Shown here: piece by piece, positions 1-11,900 of the stretch
Layout of the letters: every line of letters begins with the position of its first letter
Position numbering within the stretch: the first letter of the stretch is position 1
DNA from: Perkinsus chesapeaki ATCC PRA-425
Lineage: Eukaryota; Protista; Perkinsozoa
Assembly (NCBI GenBank): GCA_013115145.1
Contig: JAAPAO010000192.1
Coordinates: 1 to 55,603, forward strand
Length of the DNA stretch: 55,603 nucleotides
Direction: 5' to 3'
The notes under the pieces: generated by a model
Told to the model about the DNA's origin: nothing
The model's input: only the letters and a program-made list of their open reading frames with translations
Database searches by the model: none
Translations under genes and position numbers: made by a program

Positions 1-76
1 AATACATAGCTACTCACGCGCGCTCGCCAGTCACCGCGCTACGATAGAGCCCTCATCACATCTTCCTGCAACATAC

Positions 77-665
77 GGAAGGATTCACCGCTCCCTTCTG
101 TGCCCAGTTGATGGATGTTGGGATCTTTTGTAGGGACCTCTTGTAGAGATGAGACTCGAGATCGGCAGCTTCTCCTGTAAATCTCTCATCATCACTGTTA
201 AAGAGTTCTTTACTCTTCCTGCGTATAATGGAGAGACTGGACTTCTTGCAGACCATGTGTTTAGCGAACTCTGCCTTGGTCATGCCCGTGAACTTGTTGA
301 TCCCCATTGTGTACGATAGATCTGAAAATGAAGAAATTGCTGCTCTCCGGAAGCTGTCGAAGGTTTGGGAGAGCAGAGCGAGAGCACTTCACTGAGAGGC
401 ACGGCAGTCGCTTGCGATGCCTCACTCTTCCTGTTGGTCTCCTCGATCAGAGCTACATTTTCCCGGAACAACCTGAACCTGTATGCATCCTCGTTGCTGT
501 CTGAGTACTCTATCGAATATCTGACCAACAGTCTATAGAGGACGTTGCCAGAAAATACCTCAGTTTGAAGTCTTTGTATTTCTGAAGGACTTTGAAACCA
601 TCACTCTCGAACTCCTGAGCGAAGCACAGGGCGGCTGCTGTGGTAAAGAAGTATGCGAAGTTCAT
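77..665 (-). CDS. Papain-family (C1A) cysteine protease precursor, 5' part: signal peptide, I29 propeptide and start of mature domain; continues left of the mapped exons
   Basis: ATG at 665 gives MNFAYFFTTAAALCFAQ (signal-like). GT-AG introns at 558-521 and 425-322 join the frames into ...KLRYSIEYSDSNEDAYRFRLFRENVALIEETNRKNLSYTMGINKFTGMTKAEF (ERFNIN/GNFD-type propeptide), then IPTSINWAQKGAVNP (mature-domain start). The catalytic Cys is not seen in the mapped part. Confidence 0.85.
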
Positions 666-1505
666 AGTGAAAAATGAGGGCAGCTGAGAGACACTGTTTC
701 TACGGTGTCTTGTGTAGTAGATATGGCGACAGAAAGTGGCGAAAGTCTTTTCTGGAAGCTCCACCGCCTCCCCCTATTCCCTTGTTGCACTGTTAGGGCG
801 TGGGCCCTGTGTACCAACGGGAAGCGATAACACGCTCACTAGTACGCATGCGCTACACGCCAACACCGCAGCAGCAAGCCATGGAACAAGCGGTCACCTG
901 AAGACAACGAGGCGGATATTCCGACCTCCGAGCGGTTGGAATGGAAATCATTCTCAAAATTATCTTCGACGTTATTGGCAAAAGTGGCTACATAGATGTT
1001 CCCGTTGCTTAAGATAACTATACCAAGTGGCAGAAATCGTTTCTCTCTACCAGAGCTAAGCATGAGAAGTACGTGCAACAGAGCATTCTGCATAGCTCGA
1101 TATATACCCTTGCACTATAAGATCAGACTACAAAAACTCACCAGAGTCGGCACAATTCCAAAGACTTCGTTCGAGAGTGCTACATTCGCTGGCCTCCGTG
1201 TGAGTAGAATGGGGACCAGCATAAATTATGTATTTAGGATGAGACGCGGCGGAGTTGGAAATCCGAAAGGGTTCGCTTTAGCTCTGAGTTTAACCCTGAG
1301 GGGACTGGCGGCCGAAGTAGTACCTAGTGCGCAGTAAATCTAGCGCTCCGGCCCCCGAAGCAAGGAACCTTAACCGAGCTTGGGAAGTTTCGAGCAAGCT
1401 TTGAGTTAAGAACTTTCGGAGCGTTCTAGATAAGTAACTGTCTGGGAGATGATCGAACACTGTTGCTGACGGTCGTTCCATACTAACTTATAGCTTTTGA
1501 GCAAC

Positions 1506-4168
1506 ATGGGAGAACCCCGTCTCGAACCCGTCCGAGGATCGGAAGTTATCATAGCTGATGATGGCTACAAACTATTCCTGAGGAATTGGCGTGACCCTGG
1601 AAGGTCGAGCGGGAAGGGAATTATTGTGTTTCTGGTGAGCCACGCATACCGATACTTGGCGCGATTCTACTGCTCTCTTTATTCTGGAAGTATGTTCGAT
1701 TAGCCGAGCGCGTTCATCTGAACTCCGCGTTGCTAACCCATATCCATTTCTAGATAATCATAATAATAATGATGTTTCCCAGGTCCATGGCATGGCCGAG
1801 CATTCTGAGCGATACGATGAGCTCGCCGGTGGTCTTGTATCAGCTCTGCCTTCGGGATCGATCGTATACGCGCACGACCAGCGCGGTCATGAGCGAACTG
1901 CTGCGGAGCTCGGTGGTGGGTTGGCGTCGTTGGGCGAAGGTAAGTGGGAGCCTTAGAGGATCCTAATAGGTCGTACCAGCCACGGAGAATGCTGGATATA
2001 TTTAAGGGGCTGCTCTGTACGTAACCTTCAGGGAGGGTTGTTGCATAAAGGTCAATACACTGAAGTTGCAACAAACTTTGAAAAGTCTTCGATTGAGGTC
2101 GTTCTTGTAAACGGTTCACTTAATAGCACATAACTACAGTATCTCGCTGGTAAACAGCGTAGTGATAAGATACTTGTTTTCTACTTGCGCCACCTTTTCA
2201 CTTTTGCCGGTCTTGTACGCTACGATGTGTGGCTCTGGCTGTCTCGATCGGTCCTATCTCTTCAGTTTCTTGTCCACAATCATCTGACCCTATATCTGTG
2301 CTTGCTGGTGATCTGGTCTTGCTGGTTAAGACTAAAGTCCCTGCCGACACGGAATACTGCCTAGTTGGCCACAGCATGGGAAGTATCATCGTCAGGCTTG
2401 CATTGGTAGAGCTAGTAAAGCAGGTGAGAACTGGGTTTACCTTCCAATTTCAACACTTACTGTTTAAGAGACTGAACTTGACAGGGAAATTGTGGATGTG
2501 TTGTAGTTGGAGGAAAAGGGGAGATGTGAACACAATGTGGTATGAACCATCTTCGAAAAGCCTTCTGCCGGAGTCGAACCGACGACCTCCCGCTTACTAA
2601 ACGGGTGCTCTACCAACTAAGCTAAGAAGGCTTCAGTTTGGCTTTGCATACAGTAGAGTCTTTATGCACACTCTTAGAGTGTTCTAAGGGTGCGGGTATC
2701 TTGGTCTTGCAGCGATCCCAAGGTCTCAAGCAAACCGCTTTCTCCTGCTCTTACGGGCAGTCATTCGTGTGTGCTAGATGGGGCTGGCTCCGTAATCAGC
2801 CCTGCTCCTCGATACGCAGCCCATCCTCTCCTTAGTTCTCTGTGGGTATCCTAACTACCGTGACAGCGCCCGAGGCTCTTGCCCCGGGCTGTTGCGTTTG
2901 ATTTACATCGGAGCTTTATCGCCTCAGGGCCTCCCCATTCCCAGTGGGGTACTCCTATCTGGTCCCCCGGCAGCTCCCGGTAGAGCGCTCAACTTCGCGT
3001 AGGCCGGTTACGCTGTTGTATTCAAGTTGGTAAACGTTCAGATATCAGTCAGTGCTTTGGATAGCGCGAGTAGTAGGTCTGGGACCGTCACTCGCCTCGA
3101 AAATAATTTTTGGCGGATATGATTCGCAAACTCGTGCACTTACTAATGACGCCACACTGCCGCAGCATTCGTGGATATCGAGCGATGAGAGTTCGGTGAA
3201 GAGGTAAGCTTCGAAGAGATCTCCTGCAGCACATTTCACAACTCAGGTACACGGAAGACCCTCTATGCGGGCACGACGTTTCTTTGCCCCTATGGGCGTC
3301 TATTCTCGGAAACCTGTCCCGCCTTACAGACTATCGCGCAGTCTTCGACTATGGTCCACCGTGTAGCCCTGTGAAAGTGTTAGTGATGGGAGGTTCAGAT
3401 GATATGTGTACATTGCAAGGAAGAGGAGTTATCGAAGTAAGTCACCACAGCGCCGGAGGCTAGAGGAAGTCCACAAAGAGGAATTGTTATTAGTTTATAC
3501 CTAGGGCTTTTTGGCATCCTTTTTATGTCGCTATTTGGCACTAGTCATTTCATACCGACACTTTCATTACTCAACGGGAAATTGTGACTGTACCATAGTA
3601 ATGCCTTTTCGTGTAATATTCCTACCATGGTGCGCTAATCATTAGAAGCTGCCAGTTGTTCTCACATGTTTTGTTAATCTCGACTCAGCTGAGATACCCT
3701 CCTAGTAATGCACTGTGGCCTGTACTCATACCCATTGGTGATAAATCTGTCGGAGTACTTGAACGCCCCCACTTTCTGAGTCTGATGATGTACATTAGCA
3801 ATGAACATAACGATGGAGTGAAATGTAGAAACCCGTGGAGTCTCCTCAAAACTTCCTTTCCTCGCCATCACATGTAGGCGACCAGGTTCATATTTTATGA
3901 TAGTTTACATATTCCATAGTACTCGTAATTTGGTACGGTGACTCCAGTCGGCGTGGGAATTGTTGTACTCGCCTGCAGTTTCAATGTTTTTCAGTGTGCT
4001 TCCGCTATGTCCCAAGTTCCAGGGCTGCCGGTCAAACACCTGCTTTACGCGAGAGGCCGTGATGAGCTTTGGCATGAAGTTAGCGGCATCAGGAAGGAAG
4101 CAATACAGGATACCATTCGGTGGGTCCTAAGTTGCAGCAGACATAACGAGGAACGATCACGACTGTGA
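1506..4168 (+). CDS. Multi-exon alpha/beta hydrolase, lysophospholipase/monoacylglycerol-lipase-like; internal exon boundaries only partly resolved
   Basis: Exon pieces in order: MGEPRLEP...YKLFLRNWRDP...GIIVFL; HGMAEHSERYDELA...YAHDQRGHE; LVGHSMGSII (GxSxG nucleophile); SWISSDESSVK|RYTEDPLCG; and C-terminal LLYARGRDELWHE...DTIRWV. Confidence 0.8.
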
Positions 4169-4325
4169 CAGTTTGAGGAACTGCAAGTATGAGCAAGATT
4201 TCAAGATTTTCTTAGTTTAATTGTCTCTAGCGTGTCACTTGTGTTATGGATTTGCTTATTTATAGCAGTATTTGGATACGCTGTCTCTTTGAATCACCTC
4301 ACATTTCTATCAGTTGTTTGTTATA

Positions 4326-6038
4326 ATGAAGAGCGAATTCGACAAAGCTCACGAGGTCGCCGCCAACCGACCAAGAGCGGGCACGTGGGAATCGCCACAT
4401 GCACGACCGCTCACTTCGTACCCTAGCTCTCACGAGCTCAACGACTTCATGCTGGAGGGCGTTCCTAATGATGCTGATCGCGGGCTAGGACTGAACAATC
4501 CTTTTTTGGCTGGACAATTCTTCCAGACCAACAAGCTGCCTACTGGGATGACCTCCGAGGAGCGCGCCAATATTGCGCAGTCCTTGGCACCTACTGCAAC
4601 CTATGAGATGCTATCTAAGATACCGAGAGAATTGGTCGAGATGGAGACGCCCGAAGGCCAAGATCTGAGGCAAAGACTTCTCAGAGGCGCCACTATTGTT
4701 TTCTTCTGCGCCGGGTATCCTGGCAAAAAGTTCATATACCAGCGTGCAGCCGAGCTTGGTGTGAAGTCAGTTATTATTGATAGTGCGGACTCATGGTCGA
4801 AAGAAATGGTTGACGAGGGTGTTATCGCCAAGTTCATTGGTCTCAACATGGACCAGCCGCCCGCGAAGATCTTCGAAGAGTCTATTACCGCCATCAAAGC
4901 GTTGAAGGATGATCCTCTTGTTGGAGAATGTGACGGTTTGTGCACCTTTGCCGAGCTTGCGGTTCCTATGGCGTCGAGGCTCTCAGAGGCTTTGGGTCTT
5001 CCTGGTCTGCTTCCTAGTGCAGTCGACAAGGCTAGGGACAAGTATGCAACCCGTAATGCTATGAAGGCCTATGGTATGCCAGTTGTCCGTAACTATTTGA
5101 TTAAGAACGAGCTCCAGCTTGAAGAAGCCGCCAAGTTTGTTGGCTTCCCTGCAGTCTTGAAGCCGATTTCTGGCGCAGCTTCGTTGGGCGTCAAGAAGGT
5201 CGACTCTGCCGATGAACTCGATTCGACCTATCACGAGCTAGCCGCTTTGCTCGCTGGGTTGAGGGTCGACTCTGGTGCATTGGAGCAGGTTACTCAGTAC
5301 GACAATGACAGCGACAACTCCGAAGCGGCTTCCCGTGGTGTGAAGGCCAACGAGGTTATTAGTCTCGATATGGTTTTGGAGGAGTATCTCGATGGTGATG
5401 AAGTCGATATTGATGTTATCATGGATGGCGGTAAGTGCCGTTTCGCTTCTGTTAGCGACAACGGTCCTACTGTCGAGCCCTACTTCAACGAGAGTTGGGC
5501 GGTGCTACCTTCTATGCTTCCCGAGGAGAAGGTCCAGAGCCTTCAAGATATGGCTGTCGATGCCTTGTTGTCGGTTGGCTTCAATAAAGGCCTATTCCAC
5601 GTCGAGGGAAAATACACCAGTCGCGGCCCGAGACTCATTGAGATCAACGCTAGGATGGGCGGTGGTCCTGTGCGTACGATACATCAGTATGTCGAAGGCG
5701 TCGACCTTGTCGTCGAGCAGCTGTTCCTGGCGTGTGGTATCCCGTCGAGGCCTCAAGCTCACGAGGCTAAGTGCGCGGTTGCTTACGGTTTTGCACTCAA
5801 CAAGAAGTCTGGTGTTGTTAAGAACATCGACTTCATCGAGCGGCATATGGACTCTCCCAAGATTATCGAGCTTCAACCATTGGTTAAGGGCGGTGAGCAT
5901 ATTGTTGGCCCCCAGGAGGGCATGCCAACGTGGCTGGCTGAGATCGTGGTTGAGGACAAGACCAGTGAGAAAGCCAAGGATGAGTGTCAACGGTTGATGG
6001 AAGTGATCGCTGATGAGTGTGCTGATAGCTTGATGTAA
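4326..6038 (+). CDS. ATP-grasp ligase, carnosine-synthase/L-amino-acid-ligase-like, intronless
   Basis: 570-aa ORF with DKARDKYATRNAM, FPAVLKPISGAASLGVKKV, LEEYLDGDEVDID and GLFHVEGKYTSRGPRLIEINARMGGG, followed by a C-terminal LAL-type domain. Confidence 0.88.
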   Translation: MKSEFDKAHEVAANRPRAGTWESPHARPLTSYPSSHELNDFMLEGVPNDADRGLGLNNPFLAGQFFQTNKLPTGMTSEERANIAQSLAPTATYEMLSKIPRELVEMETPEGQDLRQRLLRGATIVFFCAGYPGKKFIYQRAAELGVKSVIIDSADSWSKEMVDEGVIAKFIGLNMDQPPAKIFEESITAIKALKDDPLVGECDGLCTFAELAVPMASRLSEALGLPGLLPSAVDKARDKYATRNAMKAYGMPVVRNYLIKNELQLEEAAKFVGFPAVLKPISGAASLGVKKVDSADELDSTYHELAALLAGLRVDSGALEQVTQYDNDSDNSEAASRGVKANEVISLDMVLEEYLDGDEVDIDVIMDGGKCRFASVSDNGPTVEPYFNESWAVLPSMLPEEKVQSLQDMAVDALLSVGFNKGLFHVEGKYTSRGPRLIEINARMGGGPVRTIHQYVEGVDLVVEQLFLACGIPSRPQAHEAKCAVAYGFALNKKSGVVKNIDFIERHMDSPKIIELQPLVKGGEHIVGPQEGMPTWLAEIVVEDKTSEKAKDECQRLMEVIADECADSLM

Positions 6039-6664
6039 TTATTACCATTTTTTCACGAAGGTTCTACTTTAGGGCCACTACTGTTGATGTATTACGATTC
6101 GTCTTATACTAACAGGGGGCTGTTGTTTATCCCCTATATCGCCTTTCACTACTCTATACGAATCTGATTAGAATCGTTGGACATTTTATGTCCTATAATA
6201 AAACCACTTTACTAGCCGATCACCAGTTAGTGTCGAGTTACTTAGAGTCTTCTATACTCAACACACCATCAATAATAAGGAACTGTAGACTACTGCGTGG
6301 GAAGGAGATCTTCCTTACTGTGACAATTGCAACCGGCTATAAGTGTACCTCGTGTGTCCATAGGAGTTGAAGATGCATGTTACCGCAGCAGTGTGACGCA
6401 ATAATACTATTCAGTGAATAGTGAATAGTATTTACATTCAAGGATCGTCACTCTTTACCGTTCTTAAGCCTTTGTCACTGGTGGTGCTATAATACTATTG
6501 CCATTGTTGGTGACGTTAAAGTGTCGCTCTTCCCAAGCTTTAGTGCTGTTAGGATCAGTCAGACAGTGCTTACACTCTATGTAACAAAAGACATCCGTTA
6601 TAGAGAATATTTCAATTACGTAAGGAACGACTTCATCAGACTGAGGTATAAGTAACCGTTTACA

Positions 6665-7903
6665 CTAATCTTCGCTATCACCAACAGTTGTGGACTCGAG
6701 GTGGTCATTCGATATGGAGTACTTTGACAAATAGCATACAAAGCCTCCAATGATAACCATCCTCCTTTCTAGCAACTCCAACTCCTCCACATCGGTAGCC
6801 GCTTTATCCAACCGTTTGTAGCCTTTACTCAGCAGCACACATCTCCCCGTCACCGGCCGCAGAACCAGGCTTATTGCTCGCATTACACGCGCCATGTCGG
6901 CCTTCTTCAGCTCAGTGCGGTTCCCGAAGGGCATATCAGTGACGATCCAATCGATGCTTCCGTGCTCTACTAGGCCATCAAGGCCGGCAGCGTCCCAGTC
7001 TCGAGCGTGTACGCTGCTGCCTTCAGCAAGGTGGGGCCGAGCCAGCTGACAGTTCTTTATCGCCTGTGACGTTGTGGCCCTGTTGATATCACCAGAGAGC
7101 GCGTTAACGTACGTAAAGTTGGTCGCAGCTTCGATCGGGATGGTCCCCAGACCGCCCATTATATCCAGCATGTTCCCGTGCATCGGCACCCCGTCTGTAG
7201 CGAACAGTAGCAACAGTAATGCCACCGACGGTCTCATCTTGGTGCAATGAGGAACCGACCCGAGCTGGAGATCTCGGCTCATGTAGTCGCAATAGGGAAC
7301 AACATTGAAGTCTGCTTTCTCGGGCCGAGCCTGGCTGCCTCGCTGAGGCTTACCCACAACAATGCCGAGGAAGACACTTCGATCGAAGACGATTCCGACG
7401 TACTCGAGGTCGGGGTAGCCGAGACTAACACTCCAATCGGGATGCCTCATCAGCACTGCATGACCCATAGTTCGCATCACATCATACGATTTGAAATCAT
7501 GTAGACCATCTCGGACGCAAGAAGCGCGAAAGGCGTACGCTTCGCCTCTTTCAATACCGACAATCTCCTCGGCAGCGTCCCATGCCGATTGCTCGTACAT
7601 TATGGTCTCGATCTGTCTGGCTGAGATGCCCTCAACTGCCAAATCATACGTCAGCAATGCCAGAATAGTTTGCGCTACTCGGCACTCTCGAACGAATCTT
7701 TGGACGTCATCCAAGGTCGGCACCTTTACTAGTATCTTCCCCATCGAAGCCGCACCGCCGCATGCTTTACCCTGAGTTAGGGCCCATAGTACCTCAACCT
7801 CGGTTTGAATATCCATTTGCCGAATGTAGCGTACCGCAAGCTCCTCTAGGCCCCCAGAGACAAGGACGAGCAGGGCATACTGGTGTGGAGGAGGAGTTGA
7901 CAT
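6665..7903 (-). CDS. THUMP-domain SAM-dependent RNA methyltransferase (THUMPD2/3 or Trm14-like), intronless
   Basis: THUMP-like segment (AFRASCVRDG...HPDWSVSLGYPDLE), then LRP-type MRPSVA, LDIMGGLGTIPIEAA, LSGDIN and IVTDMPFG methyltransferase motifs. First ATG is at 7903. Confidence 0.85.
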   Translation of the reverse strand: MSTPPPHQYALLVLVSGGLEELAVRYIRQMDIQTEVEVLWALTQGKACGGAASMGKILVKVPTLDDVQRFVRECRVAQTILALLTYDLAVEGISARQIETIMYEQSAWDAAEEIVGIERGEAYAFRASCVRDGLHDFKSYDVMRTMGHAVLMRHPDWSVSLGYPDLEYVGIVFDRSVFLGIVVGKPQRGSQARPEKADFNVVPYCDYMSRDLQLGSVPHCTKMRPSVALLLLLFATDGVPMHGNMLDIMGGLGTIPIEAATNFTYVNALSGDINRATTSQAIKNCQLARPHLAEGSSVHARDWDAAGLDGLVEHGSIDWIVTDMPFGNRTELKKADMARVMRAISLVLRPVTGRCVLLSKGYKRLDKAATDVEELELLERRMVIIGGFVCYLSKYSISNDHLESTTVGDSED

Positions 7904-8954
7904 GAAAAGGAACTGCAAAAGGATCAAATGGGATATAGTTATAACGCACGAGTGACGAGAAAATTAGCAGCTAAACCAGTTGCATTGTCGTTGCGAGGAA
8001 TGGAGAAAAGAGGATTCTATGGTATGGGAACATTGATCAACTAGTATCTTAGGTTGAACCGTGCAAGATACAAAAAATGTCAAAGTTTCCTGCACGACCG
8101 CGAAATCGATCACCTCCCCCGAACATTTCTATTACAAACTTCGTCTCTATTTTTGCTCTCGCTGTCGCTCTCGCTGCATCATCCGCTACAGTGAAGGGCA
8201 GTCCTGCCGGCGTAATCCAGTTTCATTTGAACATAACAACAGTAACTGTCGATCTTGCTCTGCCCGATCACACAATTCACCACTGTCCAACACAATGTTG
8301 TGTCATGTCTCCCATAAAGTATCTTTCAAGCTAATGCTATACTGGCAAATTGCTCAATAGTGTTCACCACCAGTATCTCCTGAATGCTCCATGCTACAAT
8401 GCTTACGTTTTCAACGGATGAGTGTCAATTCGGTAATGTATGTAGCAGTTTTTTGGGCGAACGCTTCCTCGTTCAGCTAATTTGTAATCCGTTATTTTGC
8501 TAAGTTGGTCTCTAGGCAGTACTAGTAGGGTTTCTGGTTTAAGATGGGCACTCCTACCATGTAGCTTGGTCTTCCTTCTTCCCTGGTCTTTTCTCTATGA
8601 AGGCTGTCTCATTGGGAGCTTCATTAGCTTTGTGGAAGTCCTCTGGGATCGCTGTAGATTTGTGTACTATAGTATGTTTTCTTCGTATTGTAAGCAAGTC
8701 GGGCGAGTGCTCATTGCTTCCGAATTTTCGCATAAATCGCATAAGTTACGGGGGGAGAAAAGTGGTAATTCTGACGTCTGCTGTCCTCAAAGAGACGTGT
8801 CCGTAGCTTTGCGTGAGCTTTGTGCAAATTGTCTCTTTTCCAATTCGCTGTGACTCGTGGAACGCTATAGCTGTTGTTTCCAAGCAAACTAGCTCCACTG
8901 CAGAGCAACGGATTACTCTAAAAACACTCTAACAGTTTTATTTCTATTCGTATC

Positions 8955-8975
8955 GCTCTTATTTATTCCTTCCAG
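8955..8975 (+). promoter_or_regulatory. Polypyrimidine tract plus AG 24 nt upstream of the fusion-gene ATG; candidate (trans-)splice acceptor
   Basis: The sequence gctcttatttattccttccag ends at 8975 and the ATG is at 8999. Use as a spliced-leader acceptor is inferred only. Confidence 0.35.
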
Positions 8976-8998
8976 TTCGATTGAACTTCCACCTAATC

Positions 8999-11900
8999 AT
9001 GGCATCTCCAAGTCAAGTGATCGTCGTCGGAGGCGGTCTCGCCGGTTTCTCTGCCGCTAACACGGTTTTAGAGAACGGTGGTAACGTTCTTTTGATTGAT
9101 AAGTCTGCTTTCTGCGGCGGTAACTCGTCCAAGGCAACCTCTGGTATTAATGGTTGCTGCACCAGAACTCAGAAGAAGCTCGGTGTCGAGGATTCTAACG
9201 AGTTGTTCGAGTCCGATTGCATGAAGGGCGGTTCTAAAAGTCCCGAGCTCATCAAGACTATGGTTGAGCACTCCGGCAATTCTGTCAACTGGTTGATGGA
9301 TAACTTCGATCTCGATCTTTCCCTCCTTGCTCGTTTGGGTGGTCACTCTGCCGAGCGTACCCATCGTGGTAAAGAGCGCTTCCCTGGTATGACTATCACC
9401 TACGCCCAGATCCAGATGGCCGAGCATATCTCCAAGGCTCAGCCCAGCAGGTGTCAGATCATCAACAAGGCTCGTGCTACTGAGCTTATCGAGAACGAGA
9501 AGGGTGAGGTTATTGGTGTTATCTACACTACTAAGGACGGTCAGGCTCACAAGGCCTACGGTCCCGTTATCCTCGCTACCGGTGGATTCGGTGCTGATTT
9601 CTCTGAGGACGGTATTCTTGCTAAGTATCGTCCCGATCTCCTCAAGCTTGCCACCACTAACGGCGAGCACTGCACTGGTGATGGAATCAAGATGGGTGTA
9701 GCCGCTGGTGCCGACGTTGTTGATCTCGAGTGGGTCCAGGTCCATCCTACCGGTCTCGTCAACCCCAAGGACCCTGACTGCAAGGTCAAGTTCCTTGCCG
9801 CTGAGGCTCTTCGTGGTGTTGGTGGTATCCTTCTTGATGCTGATGGAAAGCGTTTCTCCAACGAGCTTGGTCGCCGTGATTACGTCTCCAACAGGATGTT
9901 CGCCAACAAGGGACCTTTCCGTCTTGTCCTTAACTCTGCCGCTGCCAACGATATTCACTGGCATGTTGAGCATTATGAGGGCCGTGGTGTCATGAAGCAC
10001 TTCAAGAGCGGTTATGATCTCGCCAAGGAGATGGGTATCTCTTCCTCTACTCTTGAGGACACCTTCAAGAGCTACATTGAGGTTGCCAAGAAGCAGACTG
10101 CTGACCCTAACAACGGTCCCTATGATGCCTACCCGTCTGGAAAGACCTGGGATGAGTGGGGAAAGAAGTTCTTCAAGAACTTCGACTACAAGTTGGATGA
10201 CGAGTTTGATGTCGCCATCGTTACTCCCCTTGTCCATTACTGCATGGGTGGTTTGAAGATCGATACTACTGGTCGTGTCCTCAACAAGGAGGGCAAGCCC
10301 ATCCGTGGTCTCTACGCCGCTGGTGAGCTCATGGGAGGTGTCCACGGAAACAACCGTCTCGGTGGTAACTCTCTTCTTGACTGCGTCGTCTTCGGTCGCC
10401 TCACTGGTAAGGATGCTGCTCAGAACTTCATGCCCGGTCATGTTCATGTCCCTCTCAAGGATCTTGCTGAGGGCAGGACTGAGCCTAGCAAGCGTGCCAT
10501 TGTTGTTGGCGGTGGTCTCGCTGGTTTCTCTGCTGCTAACACTGTTCTTGAGCACGGTGGTGAAGTTCTCCTTCTCGATAAGTCTGCCTTCTGCGGTGGT
10601 AACTCCTCCAAGGCCACTTCCGGCATCAACGGTTGCTGCACTAAGACTCAGAAGAACCTCGGTGTTGAGGATTCCAACGAGTTGTTCGAGTCCGATTGCA
10701 TGAAGGGCGGTTCCAAGAGTCCCGAACTCATCAAGACCATGGTTGAGAACTCCGGTAACTCTGTTGACTGGCTCGTCGACAACTTCGATCTTGATCTTTC
10801 CCTCCTTGCTCGTTTGGGTGGTCACTCTGCCGAGCGTACCCATCGTGGTAAGGAGCGCTTCCCTGGTATGACTATCACCTACGCTGAGATCCAGATGGCC
10901 GAGGCTATCTCCAAGGCTCACCCTGATAAGTGCCAAATCATCAACAAGGCTCGTGCGACCGATCTCATCACCAGTGATGAAGGTGAGGTCATCGGTGTCC
11001 ACTACGAGAAGGCTGGCAAGGGTTACTCCGTCTTTGGACCTGTTATCCTCGCTTCCGGTGGATTCGGTGCTGATTTCTCTGAGGATGGTATTCTTGCTAA
11101 GTATCGTCCCGATCTCCTCAAGCTTGCCACCACTAACGGTGAGCACTGCACTGGTGATGGAATCAAGATGGGCGTTGCTGTCGGTGCCGACACTGTTGAT
11201 CTCGAGTGGGTCCAGGTCCATCCTACCGGTCTCGTCAACCCCAAGGACCCTGACTGCAAGGTCAAGTTCCTTGCCGCTGAGGCTCTTCGTGGTGTTGGTG
11301 GTATCCTTCTTGATGCTGATGGAAAGCGTTTCTCCAACGAGCTTGGTCGCCGTGATTACGTCTCCAACAGGATGTTCGCCAACAAGGGACCTTTCCGTCT
11401 TGTCCTTAACTCTGCCGCTGCCAACGATATTCACTGGCATGTTGAGCATTATGAGGGCCGTGGTGTCATGAAGCACTTCAAGAGCGGTTACGATCTCGCC
11501 AAGGAGATGGGTATCTCTTCCTCTACTCTTGAGGACACCTTCAAGAGCTACATTGAGGTTGCCAAGAAGCAGACTGCTGACCCTAACAACGGTCCCTATG
11601 ATGCCTACCCGTCTGGAAAGACCTGGGATGAGTGGGGAAAGAAGTTCTTCAAGAACTTCGACTACAAGTTGGATGACGAGTTTGATGTCGCCATCGTTAC
11701 TCCCCTTGTCCATTACTGCATGGGTGGTTTGAAGATCGATACTACTGGTCGTGTCCTCAACAAGGAGGGCAAGCCCATCCGTGGTCTCTACGCCGCTGGT
11801 GAGCTTATGGGAGGTGTCCACGGAAACAACCGTCTCGGTGGTAACTCTCTTCTTGACTGCGTTGTCTTCGGTCGCCTCACTGGTAAGGATCTCTGCGAGA

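Noticed and set aside
4601-5997. ORFs overlapping the ATP-grasp gene (4601-5041, 5392-5997, 5592-5990)
   Set aside because: These are shadow frames of a well-supported CDS.
8061-8360. Small secreted protein (ORF 8077-8334 with a hydrophobic stretch)
   Set aside because: The hydrophobic segment is internal, no motif is recognised, and overlapping ORFs are equally plausible. Evidence is insufficient to call it.
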